DNA of 63,529 nucleotides, counting the filler, from Lenisia limosa (Eukaryota; Protista; Breviatea): assembly GCA_001655205.1 (NCBI GenBank). It is 13 parts of 13 records of this genome, joined end to end, with 100 filler letters (N's around TTAATTAATTAA, not from the genome) between each part and the next. Parts side by side here need not be neighbours in the genome. Positions count along the whole stretch, not along the records: positions 23,608 to 26,036 come from LPNZ01006547.1; positions 26,137 to 32,168 come from LPNZ01007581.1; positions 32,269 to 35,073 come from LPNZ01007898.1; positions 35,174 to 39,413 come from LPNZ01003404.1; 9 more parts are not named here. One strand, given 5' to 3'. Each line of letters starts with the position of its first letter. Position 1 is the first letter of the stretch. The position numbers were made by a program, and so were the translations under genes. Positions 23,660 through 35,559 of this stretch are shown here, in pieces. The notes beneath the pieces were generated by a model, which worked only from the letters and a program-made list of their open reading frames with translations, ran no database searches and had not been told where the DNA came from.

Positions 23660-25400
23660 CGTTGAAGGAAACCGCCGCTACACATCCGCTCTGGAAGAAG
23701 TCCAACTTGGTCCCGTAAGTCTTTTGCAGGTGTTTCCAGATTCTGGCAGAATGGAACTGAAAGGATCAGTTATTTTGTTTGATTTTTATCATTATCAGGT
23801 ATTTCTACAACAAAAGTATTTCTTTTTGTAGCGACAAGACATTTTCTGACGTCTCGACTATTTCTTGCTAACAATTAAAAAAGAGCACACATTATAAAAA
23901 GACAATAAAATAATCATATTATACGTGTATAAAAGAAAATTTTCAAGAGAACTCACCACCCCTCCCACATAGTGTCCCATTGGAGATATCACTGAAAGTT
24001 CCATAGTACTGCTCCTGGCGGAGAGTAAAAGTAGAAATGTATGAAGCAAAAAGAAGCCCAAAATCAACTCTGTTAGCTAGCAACACATGAGGGTTTAAAA
24101 GCTAAACATAAAAGGCCCAGGCCAGTCGCTTCTGAAGCGCCGCCTCCACACAGACCCACCCCCCATTACCATGGGATTTTACCTGATGGGTGGCGACAGA
24201 ACCCTACTAGTGACGAGTTGTCCAAGAAACAGAAGGTCTTCTATTTCGGTTTAGCAAGACATATAATTCAGCAAGGTAAAACTTCTGTTATTCCATAATT
24301 CACGTTGCAATTATGCTGCGTTTTTGTTTCTGTTCTCTACCTTATGATACCATACGAAAATAAAGTTTTTTCATGATGATATGTATGATATGTATTATAT
24401 ATTGGGCTTCCCTTCGGATTTATCTAGAATTTCAGCCTCAATTATATTATATATTATTCTACAATATATTATAAACATACACTGTACTACATGCATGTAT
24501 TAGCGCTTTGTTTTCAGTAGAGATTCTGATTATTCAAACCCTCACCCCCTGCCTCACTTCTAAGGAGTTGAAGAACTCCAAAATGTCCTGATAAGTCAAA
24601 TACGACGATCATACGTAGAGATGAGGAACAAAGATAGGAAAATAGGCAATATCTGACCGAAGCCGTCCACACCATCACGCTTTAAGAGATATTACTGGAA
24701 GAGTGGGAAATTATAGGACTATGACAAAACGATTGTTTTTTTTGTCTGAAATTAAACCACAAAACCACAACAATATTGAATCAGTTACAGAAGTAAATAA
24801 GTAAGAATTAATAGTAATTCTAAAAGTGAAGAACAATATTCGACACAACTATCAAAAAAAAAAGAGGACATATCCTCGTACTGTGACAGCCTTGCTCATT
24901 TTAGTAACGCAGCAGGCAGGAACGTCAAGCCCTTTTCGAGTTAAATCAGCGGGCAGTTCTTAAATAGAGCAATACCGTTCTTTTTGAAGCCAATTTCTTA
25001 TTACCCATTCAATTACCACCCTCTTCTCTTGCGTCTCCTCTACCTCCCTAGTCCCTCCCTCCTCTCCTCCCAACCTAAATTAACCAGGCTCTGAACAGCA
25101 CAGGTGTTCTTTGCTGCACATCCCTTGTAGAGATAGTTATGTGTCTGCTGAGTGAAAAGCAGATTATCATATCATTCTCTACTCTGATACATATCATATA
25201 GGTTGTATATTTATGTTTTCCATTTAAGTTTCATTTGTATTTGGTGTTACCATATCAGTTGTATTAGGTTGTATTTTACCTGTTAAGTAACTTACAGAGT
25301 TGGTTGAATCTGTTTTAGTGAACCGTTCTTTGATCATATAAGGAATGCTCTCCAGCTGCTTCTCAAAGCCAATTGCCCTGCAAATTGACAAAAAAAAAAC
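23660..25400 (-). CDS. Unidentified spliced gene fragment (contig 4)
   Basis: GT-AG bounded open exons such as FHSARIWKHLQKTYGTKLDFFQSGCVAAVSFNDSS, DILEFFNSLE and ELPADLTRKGLDVPACCVTKMSK; one intron (24015-24182) carries the acceptor cassette. Confidence 0.45.
24015..24147 (-). mobile_element. Acceptor cassette copy, gap-free intron 24015-24182
   Basis: GAAGCGACTGGCCTGGGC..CCCTCATGTGTGTTGCTAGCTAACAGAGTTGATTTTGGGCTT..CTACTTTTACTCTCCGCCAG. Confidence 0.85.
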
Positions 25401-28400
25401 GTAACATGTCAAAGTCTTCATGGAATGACTTTGTTATAATTATTACCCTACGGTCAGATAAAGACTGGTAAATAATATCAATATTTATCGAGGATTTGTA
25501 GAGAAATTCAGTCTTTTTTCGGCGTAGGAAACCCCTAAGTCACAATATCTGCATCTCCTGTACATGTTATATCAATGAAATACAAGGCAATATCCTCCCA
25601 TTTCAAGAACTATTCCGAAATCAATTATAAATATATACAAGAAAATGAAAGTAGAAGTCATAGAGTTTCAGTTTCGGTTCCAAAATTCAGGTTATATAAC
25701 CTAAATTAATCGATTTATTTCCTGTCAGACATCCTCCACCCCCCATACTCCATTACATGCCTGGGTATCTATAAAATAATGTATACTACATACATATCAA
25801 AGTAATATATGATAGAATGTAGTAGCTTACAGCAATACCCAAATATATTGACATCTACACGGCCTAATATCTGCCAACGAAGCCCCATACACTGTGAGTT
25901 TCAGGGGGAGTGGGGCTGGCTCGCTGTACCCCGATCGTTGGTAGTGGTCAAAGGCAGCAAACGTCATCTCGAAGAAGAATGGCCTTGGGGGTAACGAGAG
26001 AGAGAGAGAGGGGGGTGCATTATACACTGCAGTACANNNNNNNNNNNNNNNNNNNNNNNNNNNNNNNNNNNNNNNNNNNNTTAATTAATTAANNNNNNNN
26101 NNNNNNNNNNNNNNNNNNNNNNNNNNNNNNNNNNNNCTCTCCTACTATATATTATATTGTTTTGGGGTAAAATTTACACTTTTTGATTCAAAAATGCATG
26201 CATCCTTGCTGTACTGGCCCATGACACATGCAACAACAAGGGGGAATTTGATAAGAACCTGATTTTGAGCAAGATTTTAAACGCTTGAAACACATCTATG
26301 TTGCTTTCTTTCGGAACTTGTTTTGTAATCCAGGTAAAGATACGGTTAAATTAATCACTTTAAATTAATCACTATTAAAACAGGCTTTAAAAAACCATGT
26401 AATCTTTGCCCAGACCTCCTACTCTCTTCCCTCTCCATGCATATATGATATCATGTATATATAAGTTTGGGGTAGCGCGAGACCCCTCCCCTCCAAAACT
26501 TATATATGTACATGTTATCTCAATGTACTAGTTCTCAATTTTTCCATAACTATATCCGATATCATTGTTTCAGTATCATATTCTTCCACAATTTCGTTGA
26601 GAGACTCTTATACGATGTAGGGAGATTTTTCAATTCAAAAAGCAGGATGCCTTGCACTTTCAGTTGCTAGCACGGTTTTTCTTGGTAAACGGATAAACCT
26701 AGTTTTTTTTATCGCCGTCATTTTTATATGTACGTCATTATTTTACTATTCAGGTGTACAAATTTCAGTTCAAAACGAAATTGTGGCAATGGTTCCTAAT
26801 ATGATGGTTTGATGGGTGGATTAAACTGACTCTTTACAATCAATATTTTCACAAATTCAAATTGTTTTATCCCTGTTCCAGATTAAATCAAACAATGACG
26901 TTTTATTATATTTAAGATGTACATGAATAAGAGAATAAGCGTTGAGAAGTATTGAAAATTGATAATTATACATGAATATGATACTTTGATATTACTGTTT
27001 CTTTCTTCAAATTTCTGGTCCATTTACTTGGGAGATTCATGTAATATTTATGATGGAATTGGCACATCAGAATATTACCTACTTGAGCGTAATTAAACCC
27101 ATGCAAGCTGCAAATAACAGGATTTGTCAATGTTACATTTCTGCTGTTTCTTGGATCCAGTGCCATTCTAGGTGTATGTTGCTCACGTTATCCAGGATGG
27201 AACCGTTTCAAATTACTCGGGAGTAGAAAAAAGAAAGGGTCTTAAAGTTAACGGTATTTTTTCATGCTCAAAATCTGAAACTATTGAACAATTCCAGAAA
27301 GGTGACTGGTGAGTAGTTACATTTTATATATTTATTATCCTCAGGTTTATATCAAGACATGGAAAAAGCTATGGTGCCACTTTTGGCTGTGATGTTTTAC
27401 ATGTGTCCATTGGTGTAGGAAGCCAAACGTGAGTCCTCCATAATTATTGTAAATATCAGAGAAGTGTAAGCATGCTGTGGTGTAGTAATGGTTGTATGAG
27501 AGATAACCGGACTGAAGTGATGAAGACATTTGTCTGCGTCCAAGACGCACAATACCCAACGCGAATGTAGAATAGTTAAATCAAATGCATAGATTCTAAA
27601 CCCTTTGTTAAACAGAAATAAAAAAAAAGAGAAACAAAAGGCAAACTATAAATAGGGCAACGTCGCGGTTGTGCCATCCGACAAGTATGTGATATGAATA
27701 ATTTTATCTCTGTATGTAGTATGTTTATGGAAATGTAGTTCTTGATTTCTAACACACTCAAAAACATAGTCAAGTAACAATCAACAGTTGTTTGTAATAT
27801 GTCATGTTATATTTTACACAAAACATAAATCAAAGTACATTGCTTCAGTTCTCCATCAATCAACAAGTAGATTGTGGAATTATAACAGCCGATACTTGTA
27901 CTGATAATATTTAGGACCACTGCTTCAACTTCTTTTATCAATGATTTCGGATGCATGGTTCAGAAAGAAGTCAAAGTCCGAACTTCTGGCATCAAATTTG
28001 CAGGCAACCTTTTTGGATTGAGATGTTGGCGAATGTGTCTTGGTTTTAGTTGTCTATGTCTGAGATTTTTAATATTTCGATCAGCAATCAAAAAGACAAG
28101 CTTGGAAAACAAGTATTCATTTACGTATATATGTACATGTACATAGATATACTATATAATATAGTATGATATATGTATATGATGTATATGGCCTCATCAT
28201 AACATATTCCAAGCATGTAAATTAATGACATGTTCTACTATATCATATGATATATAGTAATAAATAATTTTAGCTACATAAAAAATAATATAGGTTCACT
28301 GACAGTTCTGGCTGTTTTCGGTTCCAGAACCGGAACCGCTGTAACATAATTTCATAATTTGCAATATTTATAGGGATATGTGGCTCTATACGGAGTCATA

Positions 28401-31400
28401 TTATAAAGGACTACATGTCTCAAATTGAATATAACAATATTTCGTTATGCTCAAACGACATGAACCGAAATGGAAAACGGTTTCGGTTCAGCGAAGCTTA
28501 CAAAATATTTAACGAATGATCTATTTACTGATTTCAGTCCATTTGATACAGGCAAAATGACGTTTCTATACTCTAATTATTTAGTTAAAATACCTATTGT
28601 CATCTGGAATTCGAAAAAAAAAGAATCAACAAACACTGAAGTCAACCCCCCACGGGTAAGATGTTTGCTGTCATGTCTAGTTGATAACATACTTTTAGGG
28701 AGGTGCATTTAATGAACGACCATGTACCCAAAAGCCACACTTGGCCACAATTCCTTGTGATATGGCTTCTACAGGTCACCAATTATGCCCACTTGTCGGA
28801 AACACGTCATGGTAAGCATATTCAAAAAAGAGAATCATTCAATGTATTTCTTCTTTGTTGGTAGCTTCCAACTGTTAATTCACTGCAGGACTCAAGATTA
28901 TATTTGTCTGGATGAATCGATCAAGGAGATTAATGAAGATATTGGAGGCTGTAGAGTATACTTCAATGACTATGTAAGTCAAATTCCGCCAAACCAATTG
29001 TTCAGGAGAACGGATTTCAAGTCGATCACGAATTGAGTCAACCTTGTTACTCCGAACATCCGAATATGTATCAAATTGATAGAATCCTCAATATTACAGT
29101 AAGTAGTTGATTTGGTGATCATATGATGAAATAACCACCATAATATAGCAAATAGCAAAATTGTAAATAGCATGTTTTATTTTTGTTTTTTCTATCTCAA
29201 AAGTGAAATGTATGTTAAATATATAATAGATATATTCTTTGCTCATAATTGATAGGGGAATATATAACGCTTTAGTATGTGCTGTTATTAATATGCCTAT
29301 TTTTGATTCAAGTTAATACCCCATGCATGACACACTTAGCACCGCCAATATCGTCAGCATATTTACATGAAGAGAAGGTTTGTTGGTGAACGGCTAGATT
29401 GACATCTAATAACTTTCAGAACAAAGAAACGTGGATTATTTACTAAATGGAAAGTTAACTATGAATACGAGTAAGTTTCAAACGAATACCAATGAGTGAC
29501 ATTTTAGCTTTAATATCTCCAAACACAGAGACAAACTCAAACCCCGTGAAATCAAAAGTAAAACCACAGAAACGCACTTCGGAGCCGTTAAACTTGCGAA
29601 GAAAGGCAAATCAGTATTTGAGCTAAACAAAGTAAGAGTGATAGGTGTAGTTTATTGTAGAATGTTCCTCTTAATTACTTTTGCTATCTCATTGAGCTCA
29701 CGTGTTGATAGTTGGAGTCCATTCCAAATGGAACTCGGAAAGTGAAGTATGAAGTCGGCAAAGCTATCGAGGTCGGTTACATTTACCATCCATCACAACT
29801 GGTTGTCGAATGGCCATTGAACCCTTTAACTTTAATGTTCCAGATGATATCACCTAATCAAGCATCTTTTCAGCACTCTGTTACAAAAACGCAGGTTTGA
29901 TAACTCGTTCACTGAATGAATACCATACACATATTCCACTACCAGAAAGGTTAGACCCCAATTTTTGAATATGTTAATTCACAGGTTACATGGAAGAGAT
30001 CAATGCATTCTTACCCACACGCACTGAATGGGCATATTGATGGTTTGTTGAGTTTTTTTAACGAAATTATATAAATTTTACTACATTCCCAAACAATTCC
30101 GATAATATATATTTCTGCAGTTCATCATACTTTAGATGCCAAATTACAACATAGTGAAGACGTATTCATGAAAAGCCTGGTACACTGTTCCCATGAACCG
30201 GCAGACGAAAATCAGACCTGCTTCAAGTCCTTCCAAGTTGAAAATGTCACAGCTGCAATTATTCCTCAGTTAAGATGTATGAATGAACTGGATTAGTACA
30301 TTTCTTCTACATGTTCAACATTAACGATTGTGGCGAACTCATCCCCCAATAGTAGCAGGAGTGACTCTTGATGAAGTATACCAGAATGTTCTCCAAACTG
30401 TGAGTCTATAGAATGTAACAACTCATTATTTCCGCATGATCACTCTACTATCTCATGTACAATCATCTTTCTTTCATTTGAAAGTGATTTTTTTCACAGT
30501 ATTTTTTAATTAATTGTTGTGATTTACTGGTAAATTATAAAATATCATGTGATATAATAGTTAGTATCAATCTGTATTAACTATCAAATATATAATAATG
30601 TATGATATATAATTACATATCATATATAAAAATATATAATAGTATGTATATTGTATGTGATGTATGCTCTATCTTGCTGTATGTAAATTAGAGGAAGAGA
30701 ATCATTTGAGCTGAATATGTTCATTGTCGATGATAGTTTCGTTTTTGTGCTCACTTTTTAGACCACTGTGTTCGTTACCAATGAACAGTCCTCGTCTTCT
30801 TATCAGAACAATGATAAGTATGACATTTACGCTTCATTTGTTTTGGTAATCACCATCTGATATTCTCTTATTGGCAGAATACTGTGCTGCTATTTTGATC
30901 TCTCGTTCACTTACAATTTACGCTTAATAACATAGCAACTTCGTTGAAATACTCTCCTCTCTGACCTTACAGGATTGCAGAAAGAATTGACCAATCAGGA
31001 TTCTTCATGGTAAATCCTTCGACAACTGTGAGAATATATACATGTATATTATATCACATGCATCATCATGCTATTGTAGATCTAAATCATACTAATAAGT
31101 ATCAAATACATGCACTATGTGTGTATATTATGTGTATTTCTTAATCTGTTGACTAATCTAGGTGACGTATTCATATGTTACCCAAGACAAAGATGGTTTG
31201 TCATTCATATGATATGATACTAAGAGAAAACAAAACAGTATTAGGCATATTTCTTCAGTCCTTTCCACATTTTATTGCTTCCTCTATTACCCTATAAACA
31301 TCGATGTTTAATGACTGAGTTTGATTTGTCTTTCTGTTTGTTTTGAAAAGGACTCAAGCCAAACATAAAACATTTTATTTGGAGTTTTTTTATTCCACAC

Positions 31401-32469
31401 CTTATATGGGTTATTCATTGAACGTTGGAAACAATTTGAACAGTGGGTAAAACAGTATGAGGACTGTTATGCTTTATGATTGATGAATAATAACATGTAC
31501 TTCGTACCTTCCATATGGCGTTTTTCATTTAGGAAACTAAATGTGTGACTCAAAATGAGCGACAATGACCTCTTCAATGAGTCTTTACGAGAAAAATCGT
31601 CTATTGTCTATGGAGGAATTGTGGCGAAATCGAGATTACAATAGCGAATCAAATCATAGTATATATCTCAATTTGAAGTGTTAGATATTCTAATTCTTCA
31701 GGAAATAAGAAGTTCCTTGATGCGGCGACATTTTTCATCAGCAGCCTGAATGAATAAATTTTCTCAAGATATTTTATTTTGTATACATGATGCCAGGTCA
31801 ATCAATCAGAAACACGCCCCATTGAAGTGAATCTGCACTTCCTCCATTTATAATACCTTTGTGTACTTTATCTAGTATTNNNNNNNNNNNNNNNNNNNNN
31901 NNNNNNNNNNNNNNNNNNNNNNNNNNNNNNNNNNCAACCCCGCCATATTTGAGAGGTGGTCAATTAACAAATAATATATACAGACCGCAGGGAACCACTA
32001 CTTCTAAGAGATATTGGATTAAAAACTCCTAATCGAACAACAGTCCAACATTGGGGTGACAAGTCCTACTTCCTTTGTCGAACTCAGAAACAGAAATACA
32101 TTAGACACCATAGAAGCCCTCTCAGGGGCGAATTACATTCTATCCATTTTCGAGGCTTGTACACGGAGNNNNNNNNNNNNNNNNNNNNNNNNNNNNNNNN
32201 NNNNNNNNNNNNTTAATTAATTAANNNNNNNNNNNNNNNNNNNNNNNNNNNNNNNNNNNNNNNNNNNNAGCCCCCACCCCCCTCCCCTATTCATCGTGAT
32301 TTCTCTATCTTCATTAAAAACAGCGCAACAAACAACCCTCAAACATCAATCTAATGTGATTATTTTGGAGCCACATTATCCCGCTTATAAGAGGTATTGA
32401 ATTATAGTATAATATCATCCCGCTTCTCTTTTCATCACTAGCATAATCTTACCCCCATACTTGCTCACA

Positions 32470-35040
32470 ACCTCCTCCAGAATATCAGTAAAAGCGGCCT
32501 TGTTTTCCTCCAACGGCAGCGTGTCACAAACTTCCCTCATTGCCTCGTGTATGAAGAGGTCGCGGAGGAGCAAAGCAGTGGGATTATCTGGGGCGAAGTT
32601 AATAGGGAAAATGAAGAGACGTTACATTTCGGATTGTCAGGGTACTTAGACCCCAATAAATCCACAATTAAACCGTGATAATTCATCAATAAACCCGGTT
32701 TGTTCTTCAATGCTATCACCCCCTCTCCACTCTAAAATAATCACATTTACTAAGCCCCCACTATCAAGCATCAAAAAAAAAAAAAACCAAAACAAGAACC
32801 TCACCCCCCGACCAGCACAAAGGGCTAATCTCGAGCACAAACGGCTCAAATCATTGGCGCTGAGTTTAATAATGGCGGCGGAGTGGTTCGGGTGGTACGG
32901 CTTGAACGTTTGGCGACACTGGCGGAAAGTAAGACATAATTACTAGGTTTGTTAACTCGGTAATTCCTGTGGACGTGTTAAAATCAATTTATCCATATCC
33001 CTAAATAACCCTCAAAAACACCCATCTACCCCCCTGTCCCTTATAATGTTAACTCCCAGATACCTTAATATCTCCACTTTTTACCACAACAATTTAACAA
33101 TTTAACACCAAACACCTCAAAAAAAAACCCCCAAAAAACCCCATATATCCACATACTACTGAAAATAGCTCGACCGCGGCCGTAACAACAGCACGTGACA
33201 AGGAGGCCGGAACATGCCGCCGATTCAACGCTGAAAGCACCGGTGGCAGGAAAGCGGCAGTTAAATCATCGTCGGAAAGGGGGGGACAATAAACTGGGAC
33301 GGAAAGATTGGCGAAACGCTCGAAGATCACGGATGGAACTCCTGGGGGGGCTCCCTCAATGGTCGGGCCGGGCGTGGAGGATATTGTTAAAACCTGGGGA
33401 GGGGGGTGAAATTTGGGGAATATGAAATAATAATAATAAAAAGCCCCAAAATCAACTCGTGCTGGCTGACAACACACGAGGGTTGATGACAACAAAACAA
33501 CCAAAGCCCAGGCCAGTCGCTTTTGCAGCACCGCATCCCATCGGGGGGGGGGGGGGANNNNNNNNNNNNNNNNNNNNNNNNNNNNNNNNNNNNNNNNNNN
33601 NNNNNNNNNNNNNNNNNNNNNNNNNNNNNNNNNNNNNNNNNNNNNNNNNNNNNNNNNNNNNNNNNNNNNNNNNNNNNNNNTTGGCTCAGCATTTGGGAAA
33701 CGCTCGGCTGTTCTTAACCTTCCTCCCCCTACTTGCAGGTTCTTAACCAGAGCCATTCTAGTTCCGGGTACTCCCAGTAGACGTTTGTGTGATAAAAGCT
33801 GTATGTATTAGATGAAGAAAAAGGGGGTTGAAAACGACAAATTTCTGATGGTGTGATTAAAGCTAAATTATTAGCAAAAGAAAAAGTCTTGAAAAAAAAC
33901 AAAAACAAAACAAAACAACACCCCCCCCCCCCAACGATACGGAGNNNNNNNNNNNNNNNNNNNNNNNNNNNNNNNNNNNNNNNNNNNNNNNNNNNNNNNN
34001 NNNNNNNNNNNNNNNNNNNNNNNNNNNNNNNNNNNNNNNNNNNNNNNNNNNNNNNNGTCTACTACGAGCAGGACACTGGGGGGTGAAATTGGACAATTTA
34101 TGACACAAAAAAAAAACAGCATAAATCAACTCTGTTGGCTGACAACACACGAGGGTTGATAACAACAGCACTGCATCCCATCACTCCATGTAAGGAATTT
34201 TCAGGAAGGTGGGTGGTAATGTGAGCGGGAGAGAGGAGAAAGAAAACATGAAATAACAAAAACTATTAAAAAATAACAAGAAAATTTCAGGTTAAATATG
34301 ACACCCCCACCCTGCGCCCCCACCCCGCGCCTCTCACTGTGACGTATTTTTCGGAGAGAGCACTGAGGGCAGACGAGAGTGGCACGATGCATGGACGGCT
34401 TTAGAAATCTGCGGGGAGGAAACGATAAAATACCAGGTTCTACAACAGGAAAAACTCCGAGGACGTGTATGAGTTATGTTGGTTTTGATAATTTCACCAA
34501 ACCAAAAATTCCCTCAACCCCCCAAAAAAACCATTAAAAAAAAAAAAAAANNNNNNNNNNNNNNNNNNNNNNNNNNNNNNNNNNNNNNNNNNNNNNNNNN
34601 NNNNNNNNNNNNNNNNNNNNNNNNNNNNNNNNNNNNNNNNNNNNNNNNNNNNNNNNNNNNNNNNNNNNNNNNNNNNNNNNNNNNNNNNNNNNTGCAAAAT
34701 CGGGCTTGATTTAATGAGGTCGTCTGCAGGTGACGGTGTGGTTGACTCTGATACATCCGGTCCTTCAAAATGTTAGTATTGGTAAAGAAGGTGCGCTGTA
34801 GTAAAACGTCCTTCAAAATGTTAGCAATTGTGTCAAAACCCAATGATCAAGCAGAGTATCATTTTAAAACCCTAAAAATATCCATATACTCCCCACCAAG
34901 ATTATCCCAATTGTCCAGGCGCTGCACGTGATACGAAGACATGCCTGCTTTAGCACCGGAGTTTAGCATCATCGCCACCACTCGGCCCGCTACAGATTTG
35001 CCGCTCGTGGGGGCACCGTGAATGAGAGGACTTCCACCAC
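32470..35040 (-). CDS. Divergent dynein heavy chain-like motor fragment (AAA3 into AAA4 region)
   Basis: In dynein order: SPLIHGAPTSGKS (Walker A-like), VLLVVD (Walker B-like), PGVPSVIFERFANLSVPVYCPPLSDDDLTAAF, SANDLSRLCSRL and LLLRDLFIHEAMREVCDTL. Confidence 0.65.
33394..33542 (-). mobile_element. Acceptor cassette copy in the divergent dynein gene
   Basis: Same core; its 5' end (GATGGGATGCGG) directly follows a poly-C run and a gap. Confidence 0.85.
34076..34186 (-). mobile_element. Acceptor cassette copy with internal deletion
   Basis: GAGTGATGGGATGCAGTGCTGTTG..TCAACCCTCGTGTGTTGTCAGCCAACAGAGTTGATTT..CCAATTTCACCCCCCAG. Confidence 0.85.
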
Positions 35041-35559
35041 CTGAAGACGATGTCAAAAATTGATGTGTGAGGCNNNNNNNNNNNNNNNNNNNNNNNNNNN
35101 NNNNNNNNNNNNNNNNNTTAATTAATTAANNNNNNNNNNNNNNNNNNNNNNNNNNNNNNNNNNNNNNNNNNNNATCTGCCATTTTGACGAAAGAAAAAGT
35201 TATAGTAGTAGTGCTTCCCTAATGATGGTGATGAAGGTGCTGTTGATGATGATGATCATGCTAATAGGCTAATAGGTAGAGATAGGGCTTCACTTTGGTT
35301 CGAAATAGATCTGTAAAGTATCGATATTTTTCGAGAATTTATCGAGAAATTCAGTCTTTTTCGAAACAAAGTGAAGCCATAGGTAGAGATGATAAATAAA
35401 AAATAGAGTGTATTTGGCCGAAGCTGTTGACAGCATCACACTTATCACATGAATTAACCCAATATAATAGTAATGAGACTGAAATTAATACATTAAAATA
35501 AATAAAAATAAAATAAAAATAAAAATAAAAAATAATAATTAATAAAAACAACAAAAAAG

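Noticed and set aside
27380-27560. Ulp1-like protease motif (RWVLCVLD) on the minus strand
   Set aside because: Catalytic His is not in the HW position and no Q..DCG motif was found; probably chance.
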